64,000 bases of DNA from Sedimentisphaerales bacterium (GTDB taxonomy: Bacteria > Planctomycetota > Phycisphaerae > Sedimentisphaerales > SM23-30): NCBI GenBank assembly GCA_963663965.2, contig CAXXFK010000032.1:64001-128000 (forward strand), given 5' to 3'. The stretch's first letter is position 1; every line of letters starts with the position of its first letter. A program made the translations under genes and the position numbers. The notes under the pieces are model-generated. The model searched no databases, was not told where the DNA came from, and saw only the letters and a list, made by a program, of their open reading frames with translations. Shown one piece after another: positions 1 through 11,314 of the stretch.

Positions 1-2645
1 AACTTGAGGTCCATATCCACCTGGCCTTCGGCATCCCAGGGGATATGCTGACAATCAGGGGCTTCACAGATTAATGCCCTGAGAATATCATCGAGCTGGA
101 GTTTTTCTAATTCCAGATGAATTTCGCTGCCGGAAATACGACCCGAAAGGTCTATTCGCCCCTGTCCCCGCAGAGAACTAAGGCCACTGAAAGCCTGCAA
201 ATCTTGCACCTCGATCAGATCAGGATGTATGCTTATCCTGCCAACGGTATGATCGAAACGAAACGGTTTGTTTTTTATGCCGATATCACATTGTTTTAAA
301 TCGAGCCGGATATCATGATTGGTTTGATCGCCATCTTTATCGAATAAAAGTTCCGCCCCCATTTTCCCGGATACATCCAGATAATTGAGAATGCCGCTAT
401 ATGGCGATACCAGCTTTTTTATCTCATCATCGAATTCGATTTCATCGATCCGGACGGCTAAATTGAAATGATTGTTATCAACCAGATCCAGCGCGCCGGT
501 CAGAGGCTGATCTTTATAGTTCGCCGACAAATCAGATACCTCCAATCGGACTCCATCATAGATCGCCCTCCCGGACGCCTGGGCAAGGCGTATCGGAAAA
601 TTATTCGGATCGATGACCGCATTCTGAAACCGGGTATCGAAAGTCACCTGATAACCGGGATTCTTTATATCCGCAGAATCTGAGGGGGTATGGATATGGG
701 CGCTGCCATTTAACTGCGCTTGTAATCCAAACTGATTCCAGAGCCGGCCGGTATCCCCTCCCAATAACGCACCAAAATTAGGATCGGCCCGGATATCCCT
801 GAAGGTCAGATCCAGATCGGCCTCAATGGCGTCAAGATCCAGACCATTAACAGTGCCCTGGACGAACAGTTCCCCATCCAGCGCCCTGCCCTGTTGAATA
901 TTAACTGTTATCGACTGACTGTCCCAATTGATCTGACCGGCCAGATCACTCAATTCAACCGGCAGTATTTCTGGTTGGGCCTGACACCCTGAAATCATCA
1001 GCTTGAGTGATTGTTCAGACTCCTCATCAGGATGATGAACGATATGATAATCACCACTCACCCGGCCTTGCGGATGAAGTTGGTCCCAGATTTTTCGATA
1101 CTGGGTTGGCACAGCCTGATACAACCGGTCATTAAATTCCATCTCAGCGATTTTTACGGTCAGATCAAAATCGAGCCCTTCCGGCAGGCGATGGAAATCG
1201 CCATCGATAAAGACCGGTTGATAGCCGGGTTTGTTGTGAATCGGACCAATTTTAACCAGTTTATTGTCGAACTCAATGGATCCGGTCAGACCATCCACGG
1301 GATAGGGAAAATAGTGCGAGACGCCGGCCATATGAACCATATCGACGCGTCCCTTGATTACAGACGGTTTCTCAGGATCTTCAACAGCGACGGAGACACG
1401 CAGATCCATTTGACCCGTTGGCCGTTGATCATAGAGCGCTTTCTGGGCCTGAGGATGCAAAAAATTCAAAAGAGTCTTAAGCCCCTGGCGATTCAGCGGA
1501 ACATTGACAACATGATTGAAAACAAGGATATCGAGCGTACTTTTGGGTCTGACCTCGTTTACCGCAAAATCATCCCAGTAATCCGGCGGCAGGGAAAAAC
1601 CCTGAGTCTGGAATTCCAGCCAATATGGCACATTGCTGCGATAGCCATCGATATGCCCTTTGGCGCTGACCTGACAATTGTCATCCAGCGCGAGTTTCAA
1701 ATCGACTATTTCGATCCGCTCATTCAGGCAACGCACTGTAGCGTCTATATTCTCAACCAGAATATTCATTCCTGACTCAACCAGTGGCAGGATCATATTG
1801 CCCTGATGGATGGCGATGTCAAATGTAAATCCTTTGTCCAGGGTATATTGGCCACTGACCGCCACCTCGCCCTGCGGAATCATTTTTTCATAGAAGAGTT
1901 GCAACCGGCTCAGACTTTCCGGCACGGATTCCAGGTCGATCTGATTGAGTTGAAAATCCGTTTTCAGTTCAATTTGACGGCTTTCAACATTCAACGAAGC
2001 GATCAGGTGGGTATTCTTGAAAACGCCGATATCACGGCTATCCAGCACAATGGTATAAACAGACGGATCATTGAAACTGGGAACGATCCGGCCGGACACC
2101 TCCTGAACAAACCGCCCCATCGCCTTGGGACCTTCGTATTCGGCATATTCGAACCGGGCATTACGCAGAATAAATTCGGTTTGGGGCGCTTTGGAACCGC
2201 TGGATTTAAATGCCAGCCGATCGATATTACGGATTTTATTTTTTCGATCATACCAGATGTTTAAGCGGGCGCTGCCGGCAACGACTCGACCAAGGGTTAC
2301 TTTCCGGGCCAGTAACGATTCGGCCCGATATTCTAAAACCACATTGTCCGCCGAGAAAAATTTATTCTTATCGCTGCGCGGGCAATCAGGCAGGTAGATA
2401 TTCAGACCATGAATATGAATCTCACGAGGAAACTCCACTCTGGCCCATTCCAACTCCACCTCACCTCCAGTGGCGGCCTCCAGTGCCTTGATCGCCTGTT
2501 TTTTGATATGGTCATCATTGAGAAAATAGAAACCGAGAGCTATCAGGCCAAAAATGAATAAAAGAACTATGGCGGCCCACGAACGGCGTCGCCGGCATTG
2601 ATCCGGAGAACTGCTGCGCGGATGTTTGGACCGCAAAAGGTTCAA
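1..2645 (-). CDS. AsmA/YhdP-like envelope protein, >880 aa, runs off the window start
   Basis: Not in the ORF track because it has no stop in the window. Both ends, translated by eye, are in the same frame. N-terminus RRRRSWAAIVLLFIFGLIALGFYFL (TM anchor), then NDDHIKKQAIKALEAATGGEVELEWARVEF and beta-strand-rich sequence. The TTG start at 2645 is a guess. Confidence 0.6.
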   Translation of the reverse strand, partial: MNLLRSKHPRSSSPDQCRRRRSWAAIVLLFIFGLIALGFYFLNDDHIKKQAIKALEAATGGEVELEWARVEFPREIHIHGLNIYLPDCPRSDKNKFFSADNVVLEYRAESLLARKVTLGRVVAGSARLNIWYDRKNKIRNIDRLAFKSSGSKAPQTEFILRNARFEYAEYEGPKAMGRFVQEVSGRIVPSFNDPSVYTIVLDSRDIGVFKNTHLIASLNVESRQIELKTDFQLNQIDLESVPESLSRLQLFYEKMIPQGEVAVSGQYTLDKGFTFDIAIHQGNMILPLVESGMNILVENIDATVRCLNERIEIVDLKLALDDNCQVSAKGHIDGYRSNVPYWLEFQTQGFSLPPDYWDDFAVNEVRPKSTLDILVFNHVVNVPLNRQGLKTLLNFLHPQAQKALYDQRPTGQMDLRVSVAVEDPEKPSVIKGRVDMVHMAGVSHYFPYPVDGLTGSIEFDNKLVKIGPIHNKPGYQPVFIDGDFHRLPEGLDFDLTVKIAEMEFNDRLYQAVPTQYRKIWDQLHPQGRVSGDYHIVHHPDEESEQSLKLMISGCQAQPEILPVELSDLAGQINWDSQSITVNIQQGRALDGELFVQGTVNGLDLDAIEADLDLTFRDIRADPNFGALLGGDTGRLWNQFGLQAQLNGSAHIHTPSDSADIKNPGYQVTFDTRFQNAVIDPNNFPIRLAQASGRAIYDGVRLEVSDLSANYKDQPLTGALDLVDNNHFNLAVRIDEIEFDDEIKKLVSPYSGILNYLDVSGKMGAELLFDKDGDQTNHDIRLDLKQCDIGIKNKPFRFDHTVGRISIHPDLIEVQDLQAFSGLSSLRGQGRIDLSGRISGSEIHLELEKLQLDDILRALICEAPDCQHIPWDAEGQVDMDLK

Positions 2646-2802
2646 ACGGTCTTCAACCAGGTAGTTCTCAATCGTCGGGTGTTCGTCATAGCTTGACTGA
2701 ATTAAAAAACTGGGATTATCCCGGTAAGGGATTTTCTAGGAGAATTATTTTTGGGGGTACGAAACAATCAACATCCTGCCTCATGACGGGCGAAAACAAC
2801 AA

Positions 2803-3903
2803 TTATTTCATTTTCTCGATTTCTGCCAGCAGGGCCGCTACTGCCTGATCGGCTGGCACCGTGGCGATTCGTTCGCTTTTACGATAAATAACCGCCTTGT
2901 CGCGCCCGCCGCAAAGCGCCAGATCGGCTTCCTGGGCTTCACCCGGCCCGTTAACGACGCACCCCATGACCGCAACGGTTATTTTCTTCCGTACGGTTTT
3001 AAGCGCCGCTTCAACTTGTTCAACCATGGTCAGCAGATCGATTTCGGTCCGGCCACAGGTTGGACACGCGATCAGTTCCGGCCGTGCTCGTTGACGTAAA
3101 CCAAGACTGGTCAGGATTTCCCAGGCCACCTCCACCTCACAGCAGGGATCGCCGGCCAGCGACACGCGAATCGTATCGCCAATCCCTTCTGACAGCAGAG
3201 CCCCTAAAGCGGTGGCCGATCGCACCGAACCGGTCTGAACCGTTCCGGCATGGGTTACTCCCAGGTGTATCGGATAATTAAATTGCGCGCGAATGGCTCG
3301 ATTAACCAATATCGTATGGAGAGCATCATGGCATTTGGCCGATAGCACCAGCCGATCGAACTCCCGCCGCTCAAAGATCTCCACATAATCACGCAATTTA
3401 GCAACCATCAAATCCACCAGGGGGCGTTTCTGATCGGTGGATGACTTCTGATCGCGAATACTGCCTTCATTAACCCCGATCCGGATGGCTGTGCCATGGG
3501 CCTTGCAGGCGTCGATAACCTGATGAACCTGATCCCGGTCATTGATATTACCCGGATTAAGTCGAATCTTATGCACCCCCGCCTCGATAGCCTCCAACGC
3601 GCGGGCATAATGAAAATGCACATCCGCAACTATCGGGATACCGGCATGAGCGATAATCTCGGGAAGCGCCTGGGTATCTTCCGGTCTGGGAACAGCGACC
3701 CGAACGATCTCACAACCCGCATCCCGCAACCGGGCAATTTGCTCCAGACAGGCCTGGACGTTACGAGTCATGACATTGGTCATACTCTGGATACGGATCG
3801 GCTGACTATCTCCCAGGATTATTGTGCCAACCGGCGCAGGTCGGGTCGGAATTCGATTGATGTTATTTCTTGTATTTTCCATGTTTAGATACAGTAATCG
3901 CAT
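2803..3903 (-). CDS. ispG: 4-hydroxy-3-methylbut-2-en-1-yl diphosphate synthase
   Basis: Motifs IQSMTN, ADVHF, RLNPGN, HLGVTHAG, GIGDTIRVSL, CPTCGR, VAVMGCVVNGPGEA. True start may be 3882. Confidence 0.96.
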   Translation of the reverse strand: MRLLYLNMENTRNNINRIPTRPAPVGTIILGDSQPIRIQSMTNVMTRNVQACLEQIARLRDAGCEIVRVAVPRPEDTQALPEIIAHAGIPIVADVHFHYARALEAIEAGVHKIRLNPGNINDRDQVHQVIDACKAHGTAIRIGVNEGSIRDQKSSTDQKRPLVDLMVAKLRDYVEIFERREFDRLVLSAKCHDALHTILVNRAIRAQFNYPIHLGVTHAGTVQTGSVRSATALGALLSEGIGDTIRVSLAGDPCCEVEVAWEILTSLGLRQRARPELIACPTCGRTEIDLLTMVEQVEAALKTVRKKITVAVMGCVVNGPGEAQEADLALCGGRDKAVIYRKSERIATVPADQAVAALLAEIEKMK

Positions 3904-4285
3904 TGAGATATAGCGTCAAGCGCCTTTAGATTTTCTTTATGACTCCTCTCAGAATCATTGCTGATAACCAATTCTTTTTATCGACATCTCCCGTTCTGGA
4001 AGCGATGAGAAAATCACAAAAACATGCTATGTCATCAATCCCTGTTATGCAAGATGTTCAAGGATATCTTGTGACCGGTCGCATGAGAACTGATCGGAGC
4101 TGAATAACTCATAAAGCTTTATAGATCAACATGTTAGACACACACGGCCTACTACCCTTCTAATGATAAACTTTTGCAGTCTTCATGAGTTATGAATTTT
4201 CTTGCTCGTTGATGACCCCAGGCCTATGCTGGTAGGTTAAATGAAGTTTCCTCTAAACACGAAGCATTAAAAAGGAGACCCAGGC

Positions 4286-5041
4286 TTGAGTACATCGATA
4301 TCCCTCTTTTTAATCGTCTTTCTGGCCGGTTTGACAGGATGCCTGCAGAAGCCTGTGACCATAACCGTAAAACCAGCAATAAGTTATGAAACCAACCGCT
4401 CTTTCCCCGATCATCGTCTGGAAGTTGGCACCTTCAACGCGGGCACCGAAAATGCCCGGACATGGCTTCCATTCATTTCTCAATATCTTCAGCAGCAGCT
4501 GAATCAGAAACAGACCTCACAAAACCTGGCGGGACTTCCTCCAATCAGTATTGGAGGTAAACTCAGTATCTATTATGGCAGTTTTAATTATCGCAACAGT
4601 ACCAGCCAGTTAAAAATGGATTTGGAATTTCAATTCATTGATCCCCGGGAAAAAAGAATTTTGCGATCAGTTCAATCGACTCTGTTTACGCGGGATGAAA
4701 CCGGAATTGAAACTCAACTTCAAAGAGCGATCGATAATATGCTGGAGTCGCTATTCCCAAGCGGAATGCCCATTCCTGTTACCCTGGCAAAAGGATTTAC
4801 CCGCTATGACGCGGATGGCCGTAAACTGGCGTCTCTGGGCGACTATCGGCGGGCGGCTACCGCATTTCAGATGGCAATTGATGCCCGGCCTGATGATCAT
4901 AATGCTTTATTTAACTGTGGGGTCATGTTTGAAATTTTGAACCAGCCCAATCTGGCCCTGGATTATTATCGTCGTGCTAATCAGATCTCACCCCAGGCTG
5001 CCTATATCGACGGAATACGGAGAGTACAAAGTATTCAATAG
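4286..5041 (+). CDS. TPR-containing lipoprotein
   Basis: Lipobox GLTGC, AAGGAG RBS, C-terminal TPR helices (ALFNCGVMFE...ALDYYRRA). Confidence 0.7.
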   Translation: MSTSISLFLIVFLAGLTGCLQKPVTITVKPAISYETNRSFPDHRLEVGTFNAGTENARTWLPFISQYLQQQLNQKQTSQNLAGLPPISIGGKLSIYYGSFNYRNSTSQLKMDLEFQFIDPREKRILRSVQSTLFTRDETGIETQLQRAIDNMLESLFPSGMPIPVTLAKGFTRYDADGRKLASLGDYRRAATAFQMAIDARPDDHNALFNCGVMFEILNQPNLALDYYRRANQISPQAAYIDGIRRVQSIQ

Positions 5042-5161
5042 GGGCTGGCTGATCCGCATTTTTACTTATCTGAATCGCTAACACCATTAACCGAAGTGGA
5101 TATTTTTATATTTTTTTTACAATGACCCAAACCATAAACTCGTTAATCAACCAGTGAAACG

Positions 5162-6196
5162 GTGGAACATCCGTCCTGTAGTAATAACGGCATGAAAATC
5201 TATCGCAATATAGCAGATTATATCGCCCCGGCCAACGGAACTGTGGTCACGATTGGTAATTTCGATGGTGTTCACCTTGGCCACCAGGCTATTATCCATC
5301 AGGCGCGTGGTCTGGCCGACCAATTGGACCTGGAACTGGTCGTCTTTACTTTCGACCCTCCCCCAGCTCATCTGTTGCGGCCCGATAAGGCGCCCCGCCG
5401 CTTGAGTACGGCAGATCTCAAAGCCAGCTGGTTTGCCGATCTGCAAGTCGATTCCCTGGTGATCCAGGAGCCGACACCTGAATTTTTGCATATCGAACCA
5501 GAGGTTTTTGTTAGACGGATTCTGGCTGAAAAATTGAAGGTACGCCATATCATTGAAGGCCAGACTTTTAATTTTGGACACCGGGGCCGCGGTACCTTTG
5601 AAACATTAAAGGCAATGCAATCCGATTATGTTTACGAAACACACCTGGCGCCCTCCGTTCAGATATCGATGGACCGATCGATCCCTCATATCCCTATCTG
5701 TAGTTCGCTGATTCGCAATCTGGTGAGCGAAAATAAATTTCGTGAGGCCGGAAAATGCCTGGGAAGATGTTTTATGTTGCCCGGCCGTGTTGTCAAGGGG
5801 CGGGGCGAAGGCTCACGCCTGGGCTTCCCGACGATCAATATTGAACCGCTGCAACCGGATCTTCTGATCCCATCGGACGGGGTTTTTGCCGGCTGGGTAC
5901 GCTGGGGAGATTCCCCTGAAAAGGTCTATCGGGACGACCGGCAATACCCCGCCGCCATCAGCATCGGCAGCTGCGAAACTTATGAGGATGGCCGATGGCA
6001 GATCGAGGCTCACGTTCTTGATTACACCACAGACCGCCATCAACTGGTTGGCAACCATATTCTGCTGGCTTTTTGCGATAAATTGCGTGATCAGAGGAAA
6101 TTTGACTCAACAGATGACCTGAAAGATGCCATTGCGGAAGATTGCCTGATCGTCAAAACACTAGTCAATGAATGCGTCCTGAAGCGTCTGCAATAA
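5162..6196 (+). CDS. ribF: bifunctional riboflavin kinase/FAD synthetase
   Basis: IGNFDGVHLGHQ, FNFG, LGFPTIN, IEAHVLD, LRDQRKF. Likely ATG start at 5192. Confidence 0.94.
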   Translation: MEHPSCSNNGMKIYRNIADYIAPANGTVVTIGNFDGVHLGHQAIIHQARGLADQLDLELVVFTFDPPPAHLLRPDKAPRRLSTADLKASWFADLQVDSLVIQEPTPEFLHIEPEVFVRRILAEKLKVRHIIEGQTFNFGHRGRGTFETLKAMQSDYVYETHLAPSVQISMDRSIPHIPICSSLIRNLVSENKFREAGKCLGRCFMLPGRVVKGRGEGSRLGFPTINIEPLQPDLLIPSDGVFAGWVRWGDSPEKVYRDDRQYPAAISIGSCETYEDGRWQIEAHVLDYTTDRHQLVGNHILLAFCDKLRDQRKFDSTDDLKDAIAEDCLIVKTLVNECVLKRLQ

Positions 6197-6327
6197 ATGG
6201 TACGTTTAAAAATTGCTTTACAGATGCCCGGAAATTGCAAACGACCATTGTTTCCAGGGTTCACCGCTCGCGATAGAAATGACCAATTAATCCCCTTATT
6301 ATCTTAATCTGCCGATAGAATAAATAT

Positions 6328-7382
6328 ATGATTGACAAAATTCAGTTCAAGAAAGCGATCGACCTGATTGAACGATCCCGGCGAATCCTGATCAGTACCC
6401 ATGCCCGTCCGGATGGGGATGCCATGGGTAGTATTTGTGCCTTGCAACACTGTATCGAAGCGGCCGCTGCCTCTGCGGGACGCACCTGTCATGTCCAGAT
6501 GCTCATTCTGCGGGAAATCGGGGAAACTTATCAGTATCTGTTAACGAAAAACGCCTGGATTACCCAAGACAATTTTGCTGAAGAAGACATCGCCGCCGGA
6601 AAACTCGATGACTTCGATCTGATTATCATTGCGGACACCCGCGCGGTTCGGCAATTGCCCGTTCTTGGGGATTATCTGTTGAAACGCATGCAAAACGCCG
6701 CGGTATCGGGCCTTCAAACCCTGGTCATTGACCATCATCTGACCGGCGACAATATTGCCACTTGCGCAATCGTCGATAGTCACGCCGGGGCAGCCGGCGA
6801 AATCGTGTTTGACCTGATTCAGACGGCCGGTTGGCCATTGCCTTCCCGTCGCGGCAGAAGCATTGTTTGTCGCAATCAGTACCGACACTGGGTGGTTCCG
6901 TTTCGAAAATACCTCAGCTAAAACCCTGGAACAATCTGCCCATCTGGCCCGGTGCGGAGTCAGACCCAGCGAGGTCTATCAGAAATTATTCTTAAGCCAC
7001 CCGCACGGCAAACTCAAATTACTCGGTAAGTCTCTGGATACACTGGAGTTGCATGATGATGGCCGGCTGGCTGTCATGCAGATCACCCAGGCCATGCTGG
7101 ATGATTGTCAGGCTACCCGGCCCATGATCGAAAATATTGTCAATGAACCCATGCAGATCGAAAGCGTGATCGCTTCGCTGTTACTGGTCGAATTGCCAGA
7201 GGGCATGACCCAGATGCAGCCTGCGCAGCAAACATTCTCTGGATTGCGCCGATATTACCGGTAAATACGGTGGCGGCGGCCACGCCCGCGCGGCTGGCTT
7301 AACCTTGCATAAACCGCTTCAAGAAACAAGAGAAATTCTTATCAATGAAATTGCTAAATTCTTCTGTGAGGATAACCTGTAG
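6328..7382 (+). CDS. nrnA: DHH/DHHA1 phosphoesterase (NrnA-like), split by two apparent frameshifts
   Basis: THARPDGDAMGS and IDHH (6328-6921), AISTDTGWFRF (6863-7264), then GGGGHARAAG in a third frame ending TAG at 7382. Confidence 0.85.
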
Positions 7383-7555
7383 TAATCGAATTTTTTAATG
7401 ATTCTAATTAATCGTAAAGCACTGTGTATTATATAGTTACAAAACCTCAGGCGATTTATTCCATTTCTTGAAGAATTTTTATCGAAAATATTATGTGAAA
7501 TCGCTGTATATTTGTATAGTGATGGATAGATTTTTTTATTTTGGGAGACGTTCTG

Positions 7556-8464
7556 ATGAATAAAAAAAAGCGGATTTACTTTAATTGAATTACTGGTGGT
7601 TATTTCAATTATTGCTCTTCTAGTCGCCATTCTCATGCCGGCATTGAATAATGCCCGACAACAAGCGACCAGTTCGGTATGCCTTTGGAAATCAGAAAGC
7701 CTTAAGTACCGGATACATCATGTATGCTGACGATAATGAAGGCAGGCTGGCTGGCGGCTATGTTCCCAACGCGTCACAAACAGATCGATGGCGGATGCAC
7801 CAGTGGGTTTATCCTCCTTTTGATTCAACCATGTATCAAAACGGCTTGGGAACCCGATCTTATAATAGTTCAGGTTGGCATGAAACGACCAGCAAACAGG
7901 TTCCAACGCTACAGGATCGTATCACCGGTTTAAAGCTTGGCGTGTTATGGAAATATACACAAACCCATGAAGTTTACCATTGCCCTGGCGATAAACGTAT
8001 GGTCAAGGGCACCAAGTCAGGGATTGGGGATTATGGCTATCTCTACCGCAGTTATTCACTGCCCGATGGTCTGGCTGGAAGAAATGTCGCTCCTTATCAT
8101 CCGGAAGCTCTGGATAAAATGACCGAAGTCAAACGAGGCGCGGAAAGCTTTATGTTCGTCGAAGTCGAATTTCATGGCGCCGCCAGTTTTGTCTACAACC
8201 ATGGCGGTTGGTCATTCAAACCCTGGGATTTCCGGTTATGTCCGTTGGTGGGATCCCATGGCAACTTATCACAACAAGGCTGCCACCTTCAGTTTCTTCG
8301 ACGGTCATGCCGAGCTGCATAAATGGGAGCATAAAGGCACTTGGGAATATTGTCAAAATAATTCGAATAATGCGTTTAATCCCGCACTAGCTTTAAATCG
8401 CGACGTTCGCTGGCTTTGGTTCAATTACCCGGTCAAACACCCATTGACCTTTACCCCCCAGTAA
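7556..8464 (+). CDS. prepilin-type N-terminal cleavage / H-X9-DG planctomycete protein (DUF1559-like), apparent frameshifts
   Basis: [32 protein letters not shown] read by eye from ~7572 (out of frame with the ATG by one extra A in an A8 run). YHCPGD in ORF 7651-8322. [16 protein letters not shown] in ORF 8174-8464. Confidence 0.85.
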
Positions 8465-8491
8465 GCTTTACCCTTTTGATCCAATAGAATC

Positions 8492-8530
8492 AAGCCTTCC
8501 CAGCTTGTTGTAACGACGGGAAGGCTTTTT
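8492..8530. terminator. intrinsic terminator between convergent genes
   Basis: AAGCCTTCCC...GGGAAGGCTT stem followed by a T run. Confidence 0.7.
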
Positions 8531-9057
8531 TATTTTTCTTGCGTCCGTTCTTCCTCATAGACAGCGTCAATCTTGAGCAGACCATTGCGCGCCAGATTAC
8601 ACAGTTCATCACACCGTTCATTCTCCCGGATTCCAACGTGAGCCTTCACCCATTTAAAGGTCACTTCATGCCGGTCACACAAATCCAGTAACTGCTGCCA
8701 TAAATTCGCTGTTAAGCGCTTTGTACTGGGCCGATCGCTTGGTTTTATGACGATACCAGCCGCATTCTCGCCATTTGCGGGCCCAGCCCAATTCAATGGC
8801 GTCACAAACATATTTCGAATCGGCGTGCAAGACCACCTGGCAGTGTTCTTTCAATGCGCTCAATCCCACAATCGCGGCCATAATTTTCCATACGGTTATT
8901 CGTGGACAGCCGATACCCGCCCGACAACTCCTTTGCGGTGCTTGCCGTATAGCAAAACCACCCCATAGCCGCCCGGACCGGGATTCGGTGAACACCCGCC
9001 GTCTGTATATATCGTTACCTGTTTCAGTCCCGACTCACTCTTGCTCTTGGTCGCCAA
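8530..9057 (-). CDS. rnhA: ribonuclease HI, apparent frameshifts
   Basis: Stitched frames give [19 protein letters not shown]...STNNRME...ADSKYV...WQQL...[20 protein letters not shown] start at 9057 is inferred. Confidence 0.9.
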
Positions 9058-9689
9058 GGGCCGCCCTCTCTCAACTGAATAATCCGGTTATAGGATTGCA
9101 ATATTGCCTGCAGACTCTCGACGCACTCATCCTTGTCACCGTTGACCATGACGGCGTGCCGGTCTAGATTTTCGATATAAGTTAACTCAAGCCCCTGATC
9201 ACCGCACAACGCCGGTATCAGGTTCATCACGTGTTTAAGCATGTCCGCAATCAACACTTGACCCGGATCCATCGAAACGTCAACATCTGCGATAGAATGA
9301 TCGCATTCCTGATCCTCATCTGATTCCCATCCCGCTTGTTCCGTCAGCAATTGCTGCAGTTGATCCGGTCGAATCGGATGAATGCTCCCATCCGGCATAA
9401 GCCGGCACAGTTCGTTATGATCGCAATCGGGCAGCCGTTTGATATAAACGCAATCCGGCTGCATGTCAAAATATTGAAAGGCCGCCTGTTGCCCCGCGTC
9501 AGTCCGAACCTCCACGGGTTCCAGCAACTCAATTTTAAGATATTCCTGGCCCTGATCATCCAGTTCGGTACCGGTAATCCGGCCGACCTGAAGCCATTCA
9601 ACCGGAGGCCTGGAAGTCAGGGCAAAATGATCAGACGTTTCAAAACGTCTGCCTATTTCCACACGGATCGCAGGGAGATTCAAAATCAT
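9024..9689 (-). CDS. hypothetical protein
   Basis: 221-aa ORF with GGTGAG RBS, packed between the aminotransferase and rnhA. Confidence 0.65.
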   Translation of the reverse strand: MILNLPAIRVEIGRRFETSDHFALTSRPPVEWLQVGRITGTELDDQGQEYLKIELLEPVEVRTDAGQQAAFQYFDMQPDCVYIKRLPDCDHNELCRLMPDGSIHPIRPDQLQQLLTEQAGWESDEDQECDHSIADVDVSMDPGQVLIADMLKHVMNLIPALCGDQGLELTYIENLDRHAVMVNGDKDECVESLQAILQSYNRIIQLREGGPWRPRARVSRD

Positions 9690-9701
9690 GCATAACTCAC
9701 C

Positions 9702-11007
9702 TTAAGCAGAAGCGACATATTGACGAATGGCGTCGCCGATCGTGTTCCAGGTCCAGCGCCGTTTTTCATCGTCGCATTCCAGCAATGTCACCCGGAACCC
9801 GTGCCGTGTTTGCAGCAAAAACCCGTCAGGGGGACGACACAGGATCCCGGTCGCGCCCAATAAATAATAAACAAACCGCTTGTCCGGGGCCACCCCCTTC
9901 ACTTTTTCTTCGATATACTGACGAATCGCCGTATTTTCAATCGGAAGCGTCTGATGATCGTTTCAACAATCCGTTATCGAACAGGATGGACATATAAAAC
10001 GCGCCTTGGGGACGAACCACCATGATCTCATCCACACTGGCAAAAATATCGAAGGCTTCATTCGCCCGCTTTTCAAACATTTTTGCTCGATAATTCAAAT
10101 GGTCCCGGTATCGCGCATCCCCCATCACCAATGGAATTGAGAACTGCGGCAGGCTGGTAGAACACACCTCAAGCATTTTGGCATTGATCAAGCTTTTAAC
10201 ATATGAACGAAAAGAGGGGTATTGTTCCTGGTTAAAGACTTCGATCCATCCGCAACGCGACCCGGGCCAGGGATATTCTTTCGAAATACCTCGCAAAGCG
10301 ATCCCGGGCACATCCCCGATCACCTCACTTAAATGACAGGTCTTGGCGCCGTTATAAACAATATGAGTGTAGATCTCGTCGCACAAAATAAAGACCCGGT
10401 AACGGCGCGCGATATCGACTATCTGCTCAAGCAGGAGTTTGGGATAAACGGCCCCGGTTGGATTATCCGGGTTAATCAACAGGATTCCGGCGACCGAATC
10501 ATTATACCTGATTTTGTTTTCCAGATCCTGCAAATCCGGCATCCAGTTTTTCGCCGGATCCAGTTCATAAGTCAGATGATCATAACCGCTGTGAGCCGCC
10601 TCCGCGGATGAGTGGGTTGAATAAGCCGGCGAAGGTCCAATGACCCGCGCTTCACGTTTCATATATCCAAATACCCTGGCAACAGCATCGCCTAATCCGT
10701 TGAAAAAGACGATATCATCCGGACGGATCTGGCATCCACCCCGAATATTCACCTGCTCTGCCAGAAAATCCCGGACATGATACACGCCCTGGGTCGGTAC
10801 ATAGCCATAGACTTCATCCTGACCCGCCAGATCGATGACAATGTCCTTGATCCACTGGGGTAATTTCTCACCCTTCTGGATCGGATCGCCAATATTTTCC
10901 CACGTTATATCCTGCCCCAGTTTATTGAGGTCTTTGGCAACACTGACAATTTCACGAATTTCGTATGTCAGCTGCGAGGCTCCCTCATGCACTATATCGC
11001 GTCGCAT
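9702..11007 (-). CDS. PLP-dependent class I/II aminotransferase, frameshifted near the 3' end
   Basis: ENIGDP, INPDNPTG, DEIY, GISKEYPWPGSRCGW, PQGAFY. The C-terminus continues in ORF 9702-9902 (GFRVTLLE). Confidence 0.88.
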
Positions 11008-11268
11008 ATTAATTTCCTTTTTTGCAAATACTTATATCGGTCATTATCAAATCTACTAGTTACGGCCACAAATTGGGTCGTGTGTCTACAGTATTGTCTA
11101 TCGTCCAGTCCGGCAATAAAACAAAACATAAAATATACCCATCCCCGAAATAAATAGCAATGGTTCTTTTGTATCGTTTTTTGTCAAAGCTTATCCCAAA
11201 ACCTTCAATCTTAGTAACTTACGCAACATACCAGTCAATCCGGATTATCCTGCAGCCATACTGGAAAC

Positions 11269-11293
11269 CGCTTGGCATGTAACATGCCAAGCG
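11269..11293. repeat. perfect inverted repeat (12-bp arms) downstream of rarA
   Basis: CGCTTGGCATGT-A-ACATGCCAAGCG. Confidence 0.7.
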
Positions 11294-11314
11294 AATACCC
11301 GAAGGATTCCCCGT

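Noticed and set aside
1011..2491. Plus-strand ORFs such as 1011-1775 and 1806-2264 (likewise 11325-12209, 21537-22361, 50358-51317, 60684-61664)
   Set aside because: They are antisense shadows of well-supported genes on the opposite strand and show no motifs.
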